The position numbers were made by a program, and so were the translations under genes. The notes beneath the pieces were generated by a model. It did no database searches, was not told where the DNA came from, and worked only from the letters and a program-made list of their open reading frames with translations. Below, piece by piece: positions 12,901 to 27,900 of a stretch of 51,260 nucleotides of DNA; positions within the stretch are counted from its first letter, which is position 1, and every line of letters begins with the position of its first letter. Source of the stretch: Callorhinchus milii (Eukaryota); assembly GCF_018977255.1 (NCBI RefSeq), contig NW_024705369.1:1-51260 (forward strand), in the 5' to 3' direction.

Positions 12901-15900
12901 GAGGTGATACGATGTCTAGAGTTGTTACCCCCCACTATCGACGCTAGTGCATCAGACCATAATCGCAGGGCCTGATGGGGTTTCGTTACTCATTTAGTGT
13001 CTGAACCAAATCGCTCCTGAGTAAGTCAGCAAGTCTTAAAACTATCCACTACAATGAGTGTGACCGAGAAACTCCCGCTACAAATCCTATAAGTCGTCTG
13101 GTAATCAACGCTGGATGAACGGTTGCATAATGAACTTCCGTTATGCTGCAGTGTTGCTCCTGGTAGAATGTACAGTGTTAACCTCAGGAATTGAGATACC
13201 CGTTTATCCTTTTTATTTACGAATCGCCGAGGCGCTGTAAGGGCGCTGAGAACTGAATGTCGCTCACTAAAGAGGTGTCCATGGAGAGTGGCATGAGGCT
13301 TACGAGGATAGCTGAGCTCCCAAGTAACCCAATATTGAATCAATGTATGCCCGCAAGATATTTCAGAATAAGTATCGGTAGTGTGACTGTCTGTAGACCG
13401 ACGTAAATAGAGGCTTCATTGTCCATCGAGCGGGATGGACTTATGCGGGCTCAGAGGTCCATAGTCTTTCTATATCCGCAGGCCGGAGATCAGGTTGGTA
13501 CTCGGTCTTCCAGAGTGCGGCCCGAAGGACGTACAAAGTGCCGTTGGGAATAGCAAACTTGGTAGCAGACCCTAAGCCTCTGACTCAAAGAGCACGGTAG
13601 CACCCAGACCCTAGGTTGCCAAACTTCTTTCCATGGTTACCGCGTGCGGGCAGCCAGTGTGTCACCTAGTACTCGCCTGGATTCCTGTCACCCGGTGCCG
13701 TAGCTTATAGATATAGTTGACCCTTGTCGGCATAGGTACCATTTTCGAATAACAGTGCTTCACATTCTAACTGTTAAACAGACGGGGTAATGTGTCACTG
13801 TGTAGGGTATATTGGTGCAGTTTGACTCGAGTTTTACCCATCAAACCTGCGGCACCGAAGGACCAGGGAGGTGCCGGCTAGGCAAATCCCTTCCTTTAGC
13901 AGACAGAAGAGCCCCTGGGCTCCCCAAATTTTATTCGCCTTAGGGTCGTGACCTGTAAATGCTGGGAGGATACGGTTTCCAATCATATGCTCCCTCTTCC
14001 TTCCCCGTTTGTTCTTATTTAGCAACCAATTTAAATCGACGACGATAGCATAATTGACCTGGATAAAGGCTCCTTGCGTACGTCTTGCTAGAAGAACTTT
14101 GAGGCGTGAGAATGTAGGCAACTCTAGGCAGCACCACGAGTCAGTAGGGTCTGGGGACAAAGGTTCGTAGAAGAGTGCAGGGGCTCTTCATTACGAGGAC
14201 TCATACACGATTTTCTTCTCCATAGGTCCCGGTCGGCCGTGAATTCGGCCGCATTGGAGGTTAGGAACTGCGGGGTCAACGACGGAAACCACCACTGATC
14301 CAATTCTTAGATGAATAAACAGAGGCGTGACATGCTTGATAGTTTCGCCCTGTCCCAGGAACGGCATGGAGCCAAGGGTTGGTCAACGTTTTTGGTGCCG
14401 TGACTTCAAACGCCGCATTTCTGGTACAGCTCTAGGGAGCAGTGGTGTTATCGCCGTCGTACTAGAGAAGTAAGGACCTACTACGGCCGAATAAGGCATT
14501 CCCTGTCGCATACACACTAAGACGTTATCGTTAGAATAGCTCATTCCTTTGCGTCAGGGAAGTTTTCTGCCTAACTACAATGGACACCACTGCTAATTAG
14601 CTGCACTCCGTATCAGGCAATCTACGTGTAGTCACTAGCAGATATAGGGCACTGAGGTTATGGGATATCTGATACTGTCCCCCAAAAAAGGATAAAGAAA
14701 ACAACACCTCCATACATACGAGACCCACGTCAATATCAGCTACATTAAATGGCCGTATCCATTGTAACCACCTTTTTTATATACAACGATGAAGAGGTGA
14801 AGCTCCAGGGAAGCCTGAGCTTTCTTATCGTTCGTGGGGCTGTACCATAGTAAACGCCAGATACGCGGGACACGGAGCTTAACGTGTGTGTAGGATAAGC
14901 CCCCGGATAAACCTCGATGGCCGACCGACGCCCAGAACAAGGATAAGGCCACCACACTACAAGCCGATGACGATATTACAGCCCGAAGACATGGTGCAGA
15001 CCCGCGAACTTCTGCGCCCATACTTCGCCGGTTTCTAGAACTGTCTACTCGCACCAATCTAGAGCAATGCGCAACACGCCCGAGCTGCGCGCAGTAGGGA
15101 ATCCTGGCGGTATCGGTCCATTCGCATAACTGCTTGCACGATAGTAGTACCTGCCGTATCAATTTAGATCTTAGCTCCCGCCAGCCCTATAATAAACAAA
15201 GGTATAAGTCGAGGGTCATGCGCTCTGGATATCAATAATTAATTTACCGGCTGAAATTATTTTCTTAAGTCTCTAGGCTACAATCCGCTTTAAAACTTTA
15301 GTGCCCTATGCTACTCGATACCAGAGTGCATAGAGAAGGGTGGACTGAATGAACCCGAAAAAGGCGCGACTCCCAAAATATAGAGCAAACCAAGCATAGC
15401 TAAAATATCACGGTACCTTTTGCGATGGGACTACGCGAGCTGACGAGGATCTGTCACTGGTAGACGTCCGCATAAGGAAAGGGCCCTACACCATTGCGTC
15501 TCGCTTGTCATTTTCCTCCGAAGAGAATTCCAAAGTCTTCCAGCTTGGGCACACAGCCAGATGTTCAAAAGGGCGTGGGGAGACTTGGAGCCCTGGATGC
15601 CTACTAGCGACGGTGCGTGCTTGTACGCGGGTAGTAAGACAATCACACGTAGTTACTGACGAGAATCTGGCGTAGCGCAACTAACAAATGCGATCCATCG
15701 TGCCGCTATTGCCGCAGTGATCCCCCTTCTGTGGTTAAGACTGCTAGGGAGCTAATCGTGTCACGTGCTAAACTCCGTAACGAATTGTGGCATGAGTCTC
15801 TGGGCGGGGCACACGGGGCAAGAGCACCCTTGATCCACCAACGTGAGTGCATTCGTCCGCGTTACACTGTCAGCACTTCGTCAGTTAATGTGTTGGGAGA

Positions 15901-18900
15901 CTCGCCTTTCCCCAGCGATGCGGATCTTCAGCCAGGCTTGTCTTTAGCTTCCGAGCCGGTAGACGACGCCTGCGGGTAAGGAAACTCGGTGGGGTGGAGA
16001 CCGGGTGCCGGTCATTTGCACTCCCCTACGAAACGAATTCGCCTAGCCTACCAGCAGTAGTTGGTTATAGCAATTAGTGCTTTATATGTATGACTTCCTC
16101 GGCAACGTTCTGCACCGAGGGGTAAGGTGGAACTTGCACGGAAGGATCTCGTTTTCCTAACGGTACCCCGACGTATATAACTCCCAACTCTACTCCGTTA
16201 GGTACCTAAAAACAAACCGATAGAACGATCGCGCTCCAACAACGTTAACGTAGACGTGCTAGCGATGTTAAAATACATAGTGCGCCAGCAAGAACAACTG
16301 CGGGCGCCCCCAACAAACCGGATACACAAGGATTGATATATACCGTTAGATAGAGATCTGAGCATGCGGTGGCTCAAGTCTCAGGTTCGTTGGGTCATAT
16401 CATAGGTTTGGCAGGTCAAATCAGAGTGAAGTTAACCACTAGAGGATATACAGAATAAGTTATACAACTGGCCGCTGATGAGTAAATGCATCCAAGTATG
16501 ACGTCGGTCATGTCGGTACGATAAATCTTGCGTAGTAAGATGTATCGATGGATGGTCTCAGGTGGTGTGGTTGCGCGCTGATTCCAAGTTAACGTAATTC
16601 ATCCGATGACTCGTTATCACCTTACGTTGCTAATGCTGGGACGGGTGGGGCTAGACCCTTTTACTGTACACATAGGCTGATTCTTCCGAGTTACAGTATT
16701 GGCGTGGTTTTCAGCAACAGGGAAGTAACTGGGCCCTGGGGGGCTGTATAGCTCTAACATATTGCTCCCGTTATATGGGAGCGAAGCGAATACCTGGCGA
16801 TTTGATTCTTCACGCGTAAAGATAGAACACCGTACTACTGCACACTCCCCTCGCTTCTCCTAAACCCGATCGGTGAATGACTACGAAACCCTAGACCGCG
16901 TTGCACGTCAGACGCTCCACCCTGGACTCGTCAGTTCCTGGTTGTCATGAGCGACGCGCACAGCCTTCCATTACCTGGGCCGCGAATCGGCCGTGGCCCC
17001 TTCCAGTCCGACGCTTTTCGTTAGACCAATTCTGTTGTTTTATGCCGTATCTATAGTTCAAAGCGGACTAAACATGCAAGTCTGTGTACACAACTAGTAA
17101 AATTCATGGTGCTAGGTGGGTGACATATATTCTCTAATACGATAATCTATGAACCAAGCCCCACACTATTAATCTAAATCACTCCGGGAAACAGCACGAT
17201 CGCGCGACGACTTACCAGTTTGGCACAAAACGCGTGAGCGACTTTGGACTGAATCTGTCTTGGAGAATAGAAAAGCGCCAAAGAAAATGAAACACGAAGA
17301 GCTAAGTACCGCGCAACTCCCCGTCTCCTTCTAGCGTCCCGGTAGAGTCTTACTGTATCGAAGAGAGATAGGGCCTGGATGTTAGTCTGCGTTGATGTAC
17401 AACTGGACCTTAGCCGACGCGATCTATGGCGCCTTCCTCAGGGTAAATCGCTACCTTCAACGGACAAACATTGTCAAGAGCGGCGACGATGGAACCGAGG
17501 AATCAGTCAAAAGCGCTCATCACGGGTTTAAGGTGAGAGAGTAGTAGTGCGACTACAACCCCATTAGGGACTAGTTCCCGATGAAACTTAATAGTTCTTG
17601 TGTCAAGGAGGATTTTCACGCACTAAAAAACTCTAATAAAACTTTGTGTTGACGCCCTGAAAGGCTTTCAGCCACTCGCAAACCAGCACGGACCGCTACT
17701 GCATTAACGAAGCATGTCACTCGCGCCAAGGGGCTGGGTATCCTCTATTGCGGATTAGGTTAGGAATCCCCTGAACTGCACGTAGGGGAGTGATGTGTAT
17801 GTGTTCTGCCAGGCGTAGTTCAAACTCTCAAGGCCAACGGGTGTGCTAGATTCTATTATCGGGCGTACAGCGTAGTAAGGACTGGAGGGTTATGGTGGCG
17901 GTGACATTAAGCAGGGTTCCAGGCGGTTTCCCAGATGTACATTATATCCTAGTATCCGCCAGGTGTTTTCACTCATTGCTATATATCACGTGGTCTCCAG
18001 AGCAAACTTCTCCTGAAGAGGAGGATGTTAAATACTAAGCAATTAGTGAGCTCTCAATCACATGTGGCTAAGGAGTATGGGCCAGGCTCAGGACTGAGGT
18101 GAGGATCACGGTTCACTGTCCCTGTTGTATGTGATAGATCCCGGGTGCTTAAGGAAGCGCTTAAACCTTGTAAGTTCGCAGGAAGTGAACCCACCGTGGC
18201 GACGAACTCGTCGAGCTGTTATCCATTAACTTCTAGCCACTCTATTTACATTAAACGAGTTACAACTCAATTTCGCTCGAATATGTAGTCTAATGAGTAC
18301 CGGTTGTTCCCTATTACCCAAGTAGTTAAGTAGCGGACGTAGGAAGGCAAGTAACTCTTAAGACAGGATTCAGGAGGCAATAGGATGCTCATATTCTTAA
18401 GTAAGCCTACAATTGTAGGAATACTTCCACCACGAGGGGCAACGCAAACCCTGTGCCAACAACCTACACGTTCATAGGATGTCATGAAATATAGCCGCAA
18501 ACTTGGCAAACTACGCCCGCCCTTCTATAAATCGTTGGTACGGCCATCACTGGTACTAGCAGCAGATAGAGTATGATCGACCCACTGGTCGCTATGACGG
18601 GTCTAGTTGATTCGTATGGCGGGAAGTACGTGTCAGCTTTCAGACTTCTACACGATGAATATCATATTCCGACTATCGCTTGCGTGCGCACAGTTACTTG
18701 GGAAGTCTGTTTACTTCGTAGCCGTAGTGCGGTGTGGCTCCTACCATACCTTTATAATGTGAGTAAATATCCCTAATCCTGGGTTCATCTATTCCAATAC
18801 ATGAACACTGCCTGGCCAGATGCACGGTTGAACGGTGGTTAGACTTCCCGAGCTGGCAGCCGAAAGTTTTCATGCTCCTCATACCATAGAGTCTATCTAG

Positions 18901-21900
18901 AGCTGACGATGTCGGCCATGAGTTTCAGGTAGTCTGTTCGTTAGATATGATCCGGTCCGTTGAGGGGTCATGTTTTTTGGTCGGTAATCAGCCGTCGCAT
19001 TGCGGATGAGGTGGGCTACACTAGCAACATGCAACCAGCCTTCTTGCCCACAGTGCTCGCAAACAACAGCATAGCGATTGGCCCCTGAGTGCCTGCATCT
19101 AACACGTAGCTAGGGAGCCAAAGCCGGGATATGTGGCGCTTTTCACATGGGGCGCACTGACACCGACTTGAAAAGGTCTGCGGCCTCGTAGGATCCGGGG
19201 TGGATACCGCCCTGCCAGGCATACAAGCATATATCGAGACTTTGTCTTCCGGATTCGCCAGTTTTTGGTAGCCCTACATAGATGTAAAAATTCACTAATA
19301 ACCTTTCGGTTATTGTGCGTGGTCGGTGCTAAGTGAAGATGCATTTGTTATTTCGCTTGCGTTTCGAGTTGAATTCATTGCATCTAGGGAGGATTCCGCC
19401 GTGCCTTAGCCGTTCCAAACAGGAGCTTAAAGTCAATATTAGAAGGGTATGCAGCAGATACTCCTTCTAGCCGGAGAACCGGGTGATGAATAGGAAGATT
19501 AGTACCCGGTTTATCACCGGTCCCATGGCACAACGAGCTATAGCGTTAAACTGTATAGATAACATCGAAAAACTAACACCTGGAGCCCTTCCGATTATCA
19601 ACAAGTGCAGTTAAAGCCGTGGCCAGCCGGCGAGTCGTTCTATGGATGACGTGCACTAGATAACGTAAGTTATTACGTGTGAATGCTGGGGGCGCCCGGA
19701 ACGTTATAAGCCGCGTACATTCCTGAACTCCAGTGCTTCAGAGGCTTTAACAGCAAGCCAACCGGTGTCTTCAGTCAGAGTCATGGAAGTGAGGCCCGTT
19801 AAGTAAAAATGAAAGAGTGTTGCGCTCCGCCGACAACTCTCACTTACATGCGACGCACGTCGCCTGCAACGTACGCTACTTGGATGGCGAAACACGATGA
19901 GTCCGCCGGAATACCACAGACGAACACATCGAATGGGTTTGATAGTCCTTACCCCGGGAACCGCATGTGGCCACTGCTGATTAACCTCACGCATGGTTAA
20001 GACTAATTCACAGCTTCCGTGGTGCCCGACGCGTGTAGAGCTCTGAAATATCGATAAACCGGGTTCCTGGAGGGATTAACCCTGAGGAGTTCATACCCCC
20101 GAGTTAGAGCCTATGTTTCTACACTCTGATGGAGATGGGGTGCAGCGTGGCGTAGTGGCCCGAGCTCTCAGACACAATACTATTTAAGCTGTTTAAGCTG
20201 GCTAGCAGCAGGAGACATTAACGCCGTAAAACAGTCATCCTAGACCTACGGTATTAGCCAATGGAGGGATCGGGAGTAATCAAATTAGTAACGCGTTCGA
20301 CCAAGACATTGTACTGGATGTCGCTGCTTCAACGTATAGTGTTATACCGGGGGGTGTATAGATACCGTTGTTACGAAAGTAACCAAAGTATGCTAGACGT
20401 GGGGGGTCAGGAAGCTGCGCGCCGTAGCGACGTGGTTAATCCCGTGGTGCCTATCATATAGCAAGGTCCGATTTATCGGGAGTCGGCCGGCTACCTAGGC
20501 GGACTACACAAATCCTAGGAACCGCCGTAACCCTTGTGCGGCCCGATGTGGAGTCTGAATTTTATAATGCGGAATAGGTCCAGAGTCTTGACTGCCTCTC
20601 AAGCGAAGGAATATAACGTCGACAGGTAGCGTTGATCACGGGTGAGAGTCCGGGATCCGGCCGTATATGTCCAGCGTTCGTCTTTCAGACAATTATTCAA
20701 AGGAAGGGACTCGCGGACGAGGCACCTTGGTGAGGTACATTTCGTAAGGAGACACGAAGCTGGTTATTTCTGAGGGGAGAAAAAGAGTCTACATAGATAG
20801 TCCTAATGAGGTGGAGTAATGCTAGATAGTTATCTTTCGTACTATATGATTCCTCAAGCTAAATATAGAGGACTGTTGCCAGCGCCACATTCTTCACGAA
20901 CAATCGCGCATACCCGGTTAAGGTTATCTATCAGATGGCCCTTAAATTTTGGTCCCGCGAACCTATACCACATCGACGATCCGTGTGTCGGTGACCATTA
21001 TGATATTCAATAGTCCCAGCCTCCAACCGCATACATTTCACCATCGGACAGTGGAGTGGATTCACAGATGCGGGTACTGTGGCGGAAATCTCAATAGCTC
21101 TGATCAGCATTCCGCCTACCCATTCTTTTGGCCCAGAGAGGGCAACCCACTAAGAGTATTCTGCTTGATGTAACCTACGCTCCTGAGCTGAAGGGATTTC
21201 GGTCACTGGGTGACTAGGAAGTGTGTCGCCCACTGAGCGTTAACCTATCCATCAAGTAGTCGTTGCCAGAAAGTGCATAGCGAGTCGAGCTTGCTCGGCA
21301 GACTAATCATTTGGCATATGTCGTGTCGCATCGCGTGCTGACAAATCATACTCTCACCGGAAGCCGATAGGTCAACATCGCACAAACCTTTGCCGACTGT
21401 GTGCACAATGAATGGCCGTCGCGGTACAATCGTATTGAGACCCTCCACACCCATGGGGTTTCATATTCGGCCCTGTCGCTTGATTCGTCGCAAAAGGATC
21501 GGCTGAAAACTGTTTGCGCTAGACTACGGATGTCTCGGGGCTGCCTGTAACGATAGAGAAGTCTAAATTTACACGTTTCGGAGAACCGGATCGTCAGATG
21601 GGGGCTGACATTCTCTGAGAATGGATTCTCCGTGTGGTTTGATTGGGGGCGTCAACATGGGACCTGTTAACCTATGGCCGACTGGTTGACCTAATATTGG
21701 CGGTGGTATTGACACCACAAGGGGATATGTGATGTGAATGCATAACCATGCGGATCAGACATCTAACCTGCGTGTGGCCGTCGAGCGTCTAAGGGTAGTA
21801 CAGTCGCCGTCTATATGACGAGTCGGGATCGGTGTTAAATACAGAGTCCAGATGCCCATGCTTAGGCGTCATAAAGATCTCGGACGCATATGTTAATCTA

Positions 21901-24900
21901 CCTACAAGCTTACGCAGGCACGATCTGCATTAATATCTGGCTTGTGGATTAAGGGATGCTGGAGCAACAGTAGTCACCCCCTGCTCAATTGAGCATCCCA
22001 TTGTAGGATCCAAATTCCGTTCAGACTTTACCACCAACCTGAGGCATTGCTCGGAAGGAGTGCCCGCGATAAGCCGCTCATTCCATGCATGCAGCCATGA
22101 CATTAGTGATGTCGTCTTAGGGAGTATGAGTTGGGTGACGGCACTAGTCGCGGGAATGACTGCGTCTGATCTTGGGGTACCTAGATATCTTTACAATACG
22201 AATGATAGTGTCAGAGCGTAAGGTATAACACCTGTACTAGATCCGTTCTCCAACATGGGGTCGATGGTGGGAACAACCTCGCACGGCTTGGTAAAGCGGG
22301 TGGTCCGTATTCCGTCGCAATGGGATACTAGAGGCAATCGCACTCACTGATGTACTCCCACAGTTGTAGGGACCCTGGGCACTATGCATGCCTGCAAATT
22401 ATGGGGCGGTCAAGGCTATCGTCCTGCACTTGCTACGTCTTCACTAGGACCTTGAAGTTCCTCAATGGACTCGATATCTTAGACATTGAGATTTGAGCAC
22501 TTGGGTGGGGCTTCCGGAAGTACACCTCTTAAGGGCCTCCGAAACTGTTTACATGTGGATCACGAAATGTCCTAAGATTGGGACCGCTTCTCCTCCGGTC
22601 AGTGGGTTTCGTGAGGAGGGAACTACTGAGTGTCGGATTTATCTGGGGGTCGTAGCAGAAATGTCACGCGAGTATAGGCCGTTTGAACTTTGACCCCGGA
22701 GGATTTCCGCTGCATAGGGTTAACACAAGGACTGTCATGGAGCTCTCGTACATGACCTCGAGGCCGAAGAAAGAATTAGAGCCTAGATCAGTTCATGCGC
22801 GGATGCCAGTGAACTTTTTCGGGAAATTCGACTCGCATTAGCCGTGAATGGAACCTTCAGAGATAATCACCAGATTGTCGCAGTCGAGAAACCCGTGTTA
22901 ATACGCGCCGATCGCTCTGACCGTCCTTTCCAAGAAGTCGTACCTTGTTGCTAAGGTAGTCATTCGGGGTAAAATGACTTAAATAGATACTGGTACTGCG
23001 GTCCCGCGCACGACAAGAGCTACGAACATCGCTCGCCTGAGCTTCCTATTACTTGAATCATACCTGCTTGTCAAAGGCGCTACTGAGCCGGTACGACCAC
23101 GCAGGAAGTGATCAATATAAAAATTCTAGCTCGTCAAGGAATACAGGGCACTGCTATAATGTCTGAGCATAGCCAGCTGTACGGCGCCACCGAAGCTTCA
23201 TCGTGCATTGCTGTAAGGACCAACCTTTCTGCATGGTTGGTCTGAGAAACAATAAGTCGCTTAAGTAGGTGCAGGTCGTCTAGGTGTGGAACCTACTAAT
23301 TTTGGTCGCAATCGATCTGCTCCTAGCTTTTCAGCGATGTACGACGTGACTCACATTATTTTTAGGCCTATGCATGGGGCGTATGGAGATGCGTGGGGAT
23401 GTAAATGTCATTCGAGCTGTTTGGTCCCATGGACTAGTGTGGTCAGCACCCATACTGATGCTTCGGCTACTGAACTTACAGATAACCCTCTCCGTCTGCA
23501 CGCCGACAAGAATTTGGAAATGCAGTAACTTCCGTCTGACCCTTGCACATCTTAGTCTACGTTGGATAGTTTGGGGACAGATGAGAAGGCCAGTATGCCG
23601 ACAACAGGTGAGCTACCCCGCCTACGTACCGGGTCGCTAGTACTACTGTCCGGCAGAACATTTTCAACACGCAAAGGGGATAGTCTGCGGTTCATTCACG
23701 TGTGCGTCGGGAGTTTCGTTTTACCGTCCACGCGGGTACTGAGCCGCGAAGCGGCTCAGGCACGTCATGGTTTGGCAGCGGAAATTCTATTCTTCTACCA
23801 TACTTGTGCCAAGTATACCGACGTATCTACGGCGTAATGCTCAACGCGCTCTTTACTGTGGTCCCCGGTGCACCAGCGTGCTCTCGGAGATGGAAGGAAC
23901 TATGAGCCAAGAACGTATTCAAGTTATTTTGATAGCTTCCCCTGTGTGTCCCCCTTAGCGCTACCCCGTATACGGATGGAGGAAGCTTTACTAGACACCT
24001 TGCTGTCAATACATTAGAACATGAGGGGTCCCCATTCGGCCTAACCACAAATTAATTCCTGGATCTGGCCGCGATGCTCATGAACAACAGAACCTGGCTG
24101 CCCGTTACGACTACAGGGTGGTATTAGATAGCGCTGTGGATCCATCGGAACTCCGTAGAGCGTTTGAAAGTGAGGGGTAGGTGGTATTATTTTCTAATCT
24201 TTGAAACTAGTTCAGAGAACCAGACCCTCGATATACTTTACGTCTTTCGCTCCAGGCCACGCTGCAGCCAGCACGAAGAACTACGATGGTACTTCGGGTC
24301 CAATTCCTAGGAACGTTCCACGAACGAAGTATGCAGATAAACCGAGGACGAGTGTTGTTCTAGGACTCTTAGCAAGGTGAAGTCGCGGAATGGTCCCTTG
24401 GCTAGGTATATAAAGTTTGGTTTCTTCTCCGTTTAGTAGGGACCCAAGAACTTTTCGTTTTTGATTGCGTGTGCCAGCACACCAATCGTTGTTAACTCTA
24501 TGGGGGGGGTGCCTCCAGTACTAACGATCCGGAGAGTCTAGCATGCCCTGTCACAGTAATGAGACGTAGTACTCTCAACTCGGCAGACAGTTGTGGGGTA
24601 ACCGTCTATGATGAGAACTCTGCACGTTTTGTTCAACTATGTTCCGGGGCTATGACAGGGCTAACCGTTGAATCTGGCTTCGATTACTAATGAGCCAGCA
24701 ATTTCAGTGGTAAGTTTATCCATGAAATGAGATACGCGGAGAGGGAGCTAATTAAGACTGGGGGGGAGGAGCCCACTCCCAAGACTGGGGTACCTTGCCG
24801 TCTGGCGTCGCAATCGCTAGCCATCTTCTGTTGGCTACTTGATTATAGACTCGTTATACCTTACCGACAGGAGGCAGTTTATCGCGACGGAGAGCGTCCG

Positions 24901-27900
24901 TGGGGCAAATCTCACATTAAGCAAGTCGCGAGTAGTACGATGGAACTGGATTTGAGCTGCCCGGGGCGCAACAACCCTAAGAGATAACAAAATTTGGGTC
25001 TACGTGAGTCGTCACTGGGTCTCTAGCGTGAGTGGTCTTACTGGGAAGGGCCAGTCAAAAATACTCTTACGAGTGAACTAATGGCTTGGACGAGCCCGAC
25101 GACGGGCCGGGTCGAATAACCGCAGTTTTTGTCATGCTCCCGTATAAAGGTCTGTGCTTGAGGGCACGTATCACCATTGAACACGGAGATTTCAACTCGA
25201 ATAAAAGTTTCGCAACTATTCAGTATGTAAAGAGCCTTGAAGCACACGGCTACTACTGCATTCGGACGATAGTCTTATTGGTGTCGACCTGAGTTCTCTG
25301 CTTCATCGGTGTTTGCGGTCCTAGTAAGTTGGTGGTCGGGACTACTGGTAAATGTAGATCCAGGAAGCACCGAGAATTCACACTATATGAGAAGTAGAAG
25401 GAAATATAGACCTGTGTATCTTGCCTAAGAATGCACCCGATGCGAATCAGAAAGTAATCTGGACCGAAGATGCCTACACAAGGAATGCATAGGTAGCTGA
25501 TACAGTATAGCCTCAATTAAGCGAGCAATATAATCGCTCTGCATTTCACAGCGGCAATAAAACCGTGTCGAGCGACGTACCTACCACTTTATCGGACAAG
25601 GGGGCGTGTGTAGCTAACTGGTACATTGGATTGAAGAGTTTGTCTAGGGTAAGTAAATTATTAGATCAGGTAAGAGAAACTATCCTAAGAGTATTCATGC
25701 TTTAGGCTGTGAACCTTCGCCCGAATGAATACAGGTGCTGTTCCAGCTACCTACGCTTAGCCGACCAAAGTTCTAAGCGCGACATGGTGTCTCTATGAGG
25801 TAACCTGGCGCACGCGTAAGCCTGGCGTCAAAGCTACTAAGTCAGGACGGCCGGCGGGCATGCGAGTCGCACCGTACCCACTTCGGAATGGACGCTATAG
25901 TTTAAAATTATCGTATCTAATCCGTAAAACAGCCTGATCAGGGCCGTGTAGATTCGAATTCAACCACTCAGTGTACAAAACTCAGCGCACCAAAAACGGT
26001 AGTTCTTTTTCACACGGGCTATAAGACTGCCGCGACAGTCAGGAATAACCATTTTAAGCTAAGCCACACTACTGCTACGATCACGATCAAATCCAACCCA
26101 GCCGGATGTAATACATTTAAGAGGCTGTGCTCCCTGGCTATTGAGTCTTACTGGGAAAAGCGGAGCCTAATCGGACTTCTTGAAACGGGGTGCTAAGAGT
26201 GAAATAGACAAAAACCCCTGGCTGGCAGGTCACGTGAGTGATAGGACCTGGAATCCCAATTATATGAGATGGAATTGAGCGACAAGGATGCTCACAACGG
26301 GTGCCCATATACGCAGCTATCTGAGCGTTCCAATCGTGGATTGACGGGATACCTGAATTGACAGAGTTTCCACTGGGAATAACTGATATTGCACTGCGCC
26401 CTGTCAACTAAGGGGTATGATAAGTAGTAACAGCGGGAATGGATTAAAATTATTCTTACAGTTTGTAGATATCATTTTGAATGGCTCCAAGAGGCGCATG
26501 TGCGACCTACCACACACATTAAGTGACTCGATTTAGCCAGGGCGTAATACTAGCTTGCTACTACTGAGTCTAGACCTGCGTCGGCTTTTTCTGCACTACG
26601 GGTAATTGTCAAGATGGCTGTTCTGACGAGTCAGAAGATACATTCTTCTCACAAATCAGATGAGTGAACAACCTAATGTTAAATACCCGTAAAGAGTAGG
26701 GGTCTATAAGATCGGAGACATTCGTTTTAAGCTTTGAACGGTTAGGATAGATGACCTTCGACATCTGTCCCTAGATGACTAGAACTGTATTGAATCTGTC
26801 CCATCTCCCTACAATGTCCGGACACCCCCAGGCTAGCTCCGGTTCTTGAGGGGACATATAGGGCAATGCGCAGTTCCCGCTACTAACGGGTCTGGATGTG
26901 ACAGGTCTTTCGCCGGCCGGCTCTAGGATGCGGGTGCAAAGCGATCGAAGCGGTCTCCCAAGGCGAAGCTTGAGAACAGTATTTACCACAATCCCGAGCT
27001 CAACGGCTGTTAACACAAATTGGGGATGATCGATATGCGTGGCTGTTGAAAGATCGAGGCGTTATCATCTTCCGGGACTGCTAGAAAGTCAGGGGGACAA
27101 CAGCCTACTATGATCCTCCTATTCTTTCAGCGGGCGTCCAGTCAGGGGCCAGATATACCAACGAGAGGCACTGATTACGTCATTTTACCTTAAGAACCTG
27201 TTACCGCAAAAGCCCTTAATAATGAAGCCGTGGCGGGGTCCCCATGGGAACATCGAACTCGGGGACAACATAGAACCTATGTATTTCCGCACTTTACTCC
27301 CATCTAGTACGGAGTGGCGGAGGGCTGAAGTATATCCTTTCTACATCTTACACCTTTTACTGATTTATATGCTTCCTGCAGTGAGCGCCTGAACCCAGAT
27401 TTTCCCCCGCGTGATACCAGTGAAGTACAAGTTTGCCGAACGGTAAGCAACGATAGGAGGTTTAAGAGATTCGAAGCGTCGCATGCCCTTCGAATGTGAC
27501 CCCTTCCGTTGGCTCAGCTTGAACACTGGTCGTTAATAGATTACTATACATGACCCGCTTACCGGAGGTGGCGTAATACTCGTGAGCGTTTCCGGTGCAC
27601 GATGACGGCCCTCAAACGTCGGTTACGGTAATGCATGCCTCCAATAACTTTTTGTAAAATGTAATCTCTGACAGTCTAGATGATGCGGATGACAAATTCT
27701 CCAGGGTGCATGGTTGCCTTGTGGAATAAAATCCGACGACTTTTAAGTTCTACGGGAGGGCGTTGTCGAACCGAAGTGGAATCTCGAACGTACCGCTTCC
27801 TTCTGAAAGTGCTGGCTGGGCGGTACCGCCTTACCAACGATCACTGAATACGCTGAAATACTATCGATAACCCTAACGCGGATCATCTGATCTTGACGGA

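Noticed and set aside
25035..26157. Short exact matches in the central block (GTCTTACTGGGAA at ~25035 and ~26145; AAGACTGGGG twice at ~24753-24790; TTTAAGCTG twice at ~20183-20200)
   Set aside because: Several 9-13-bp matches are expected by chance in 31 kb. They show no periodicity or extension, so this is not a CRISPR or other array.
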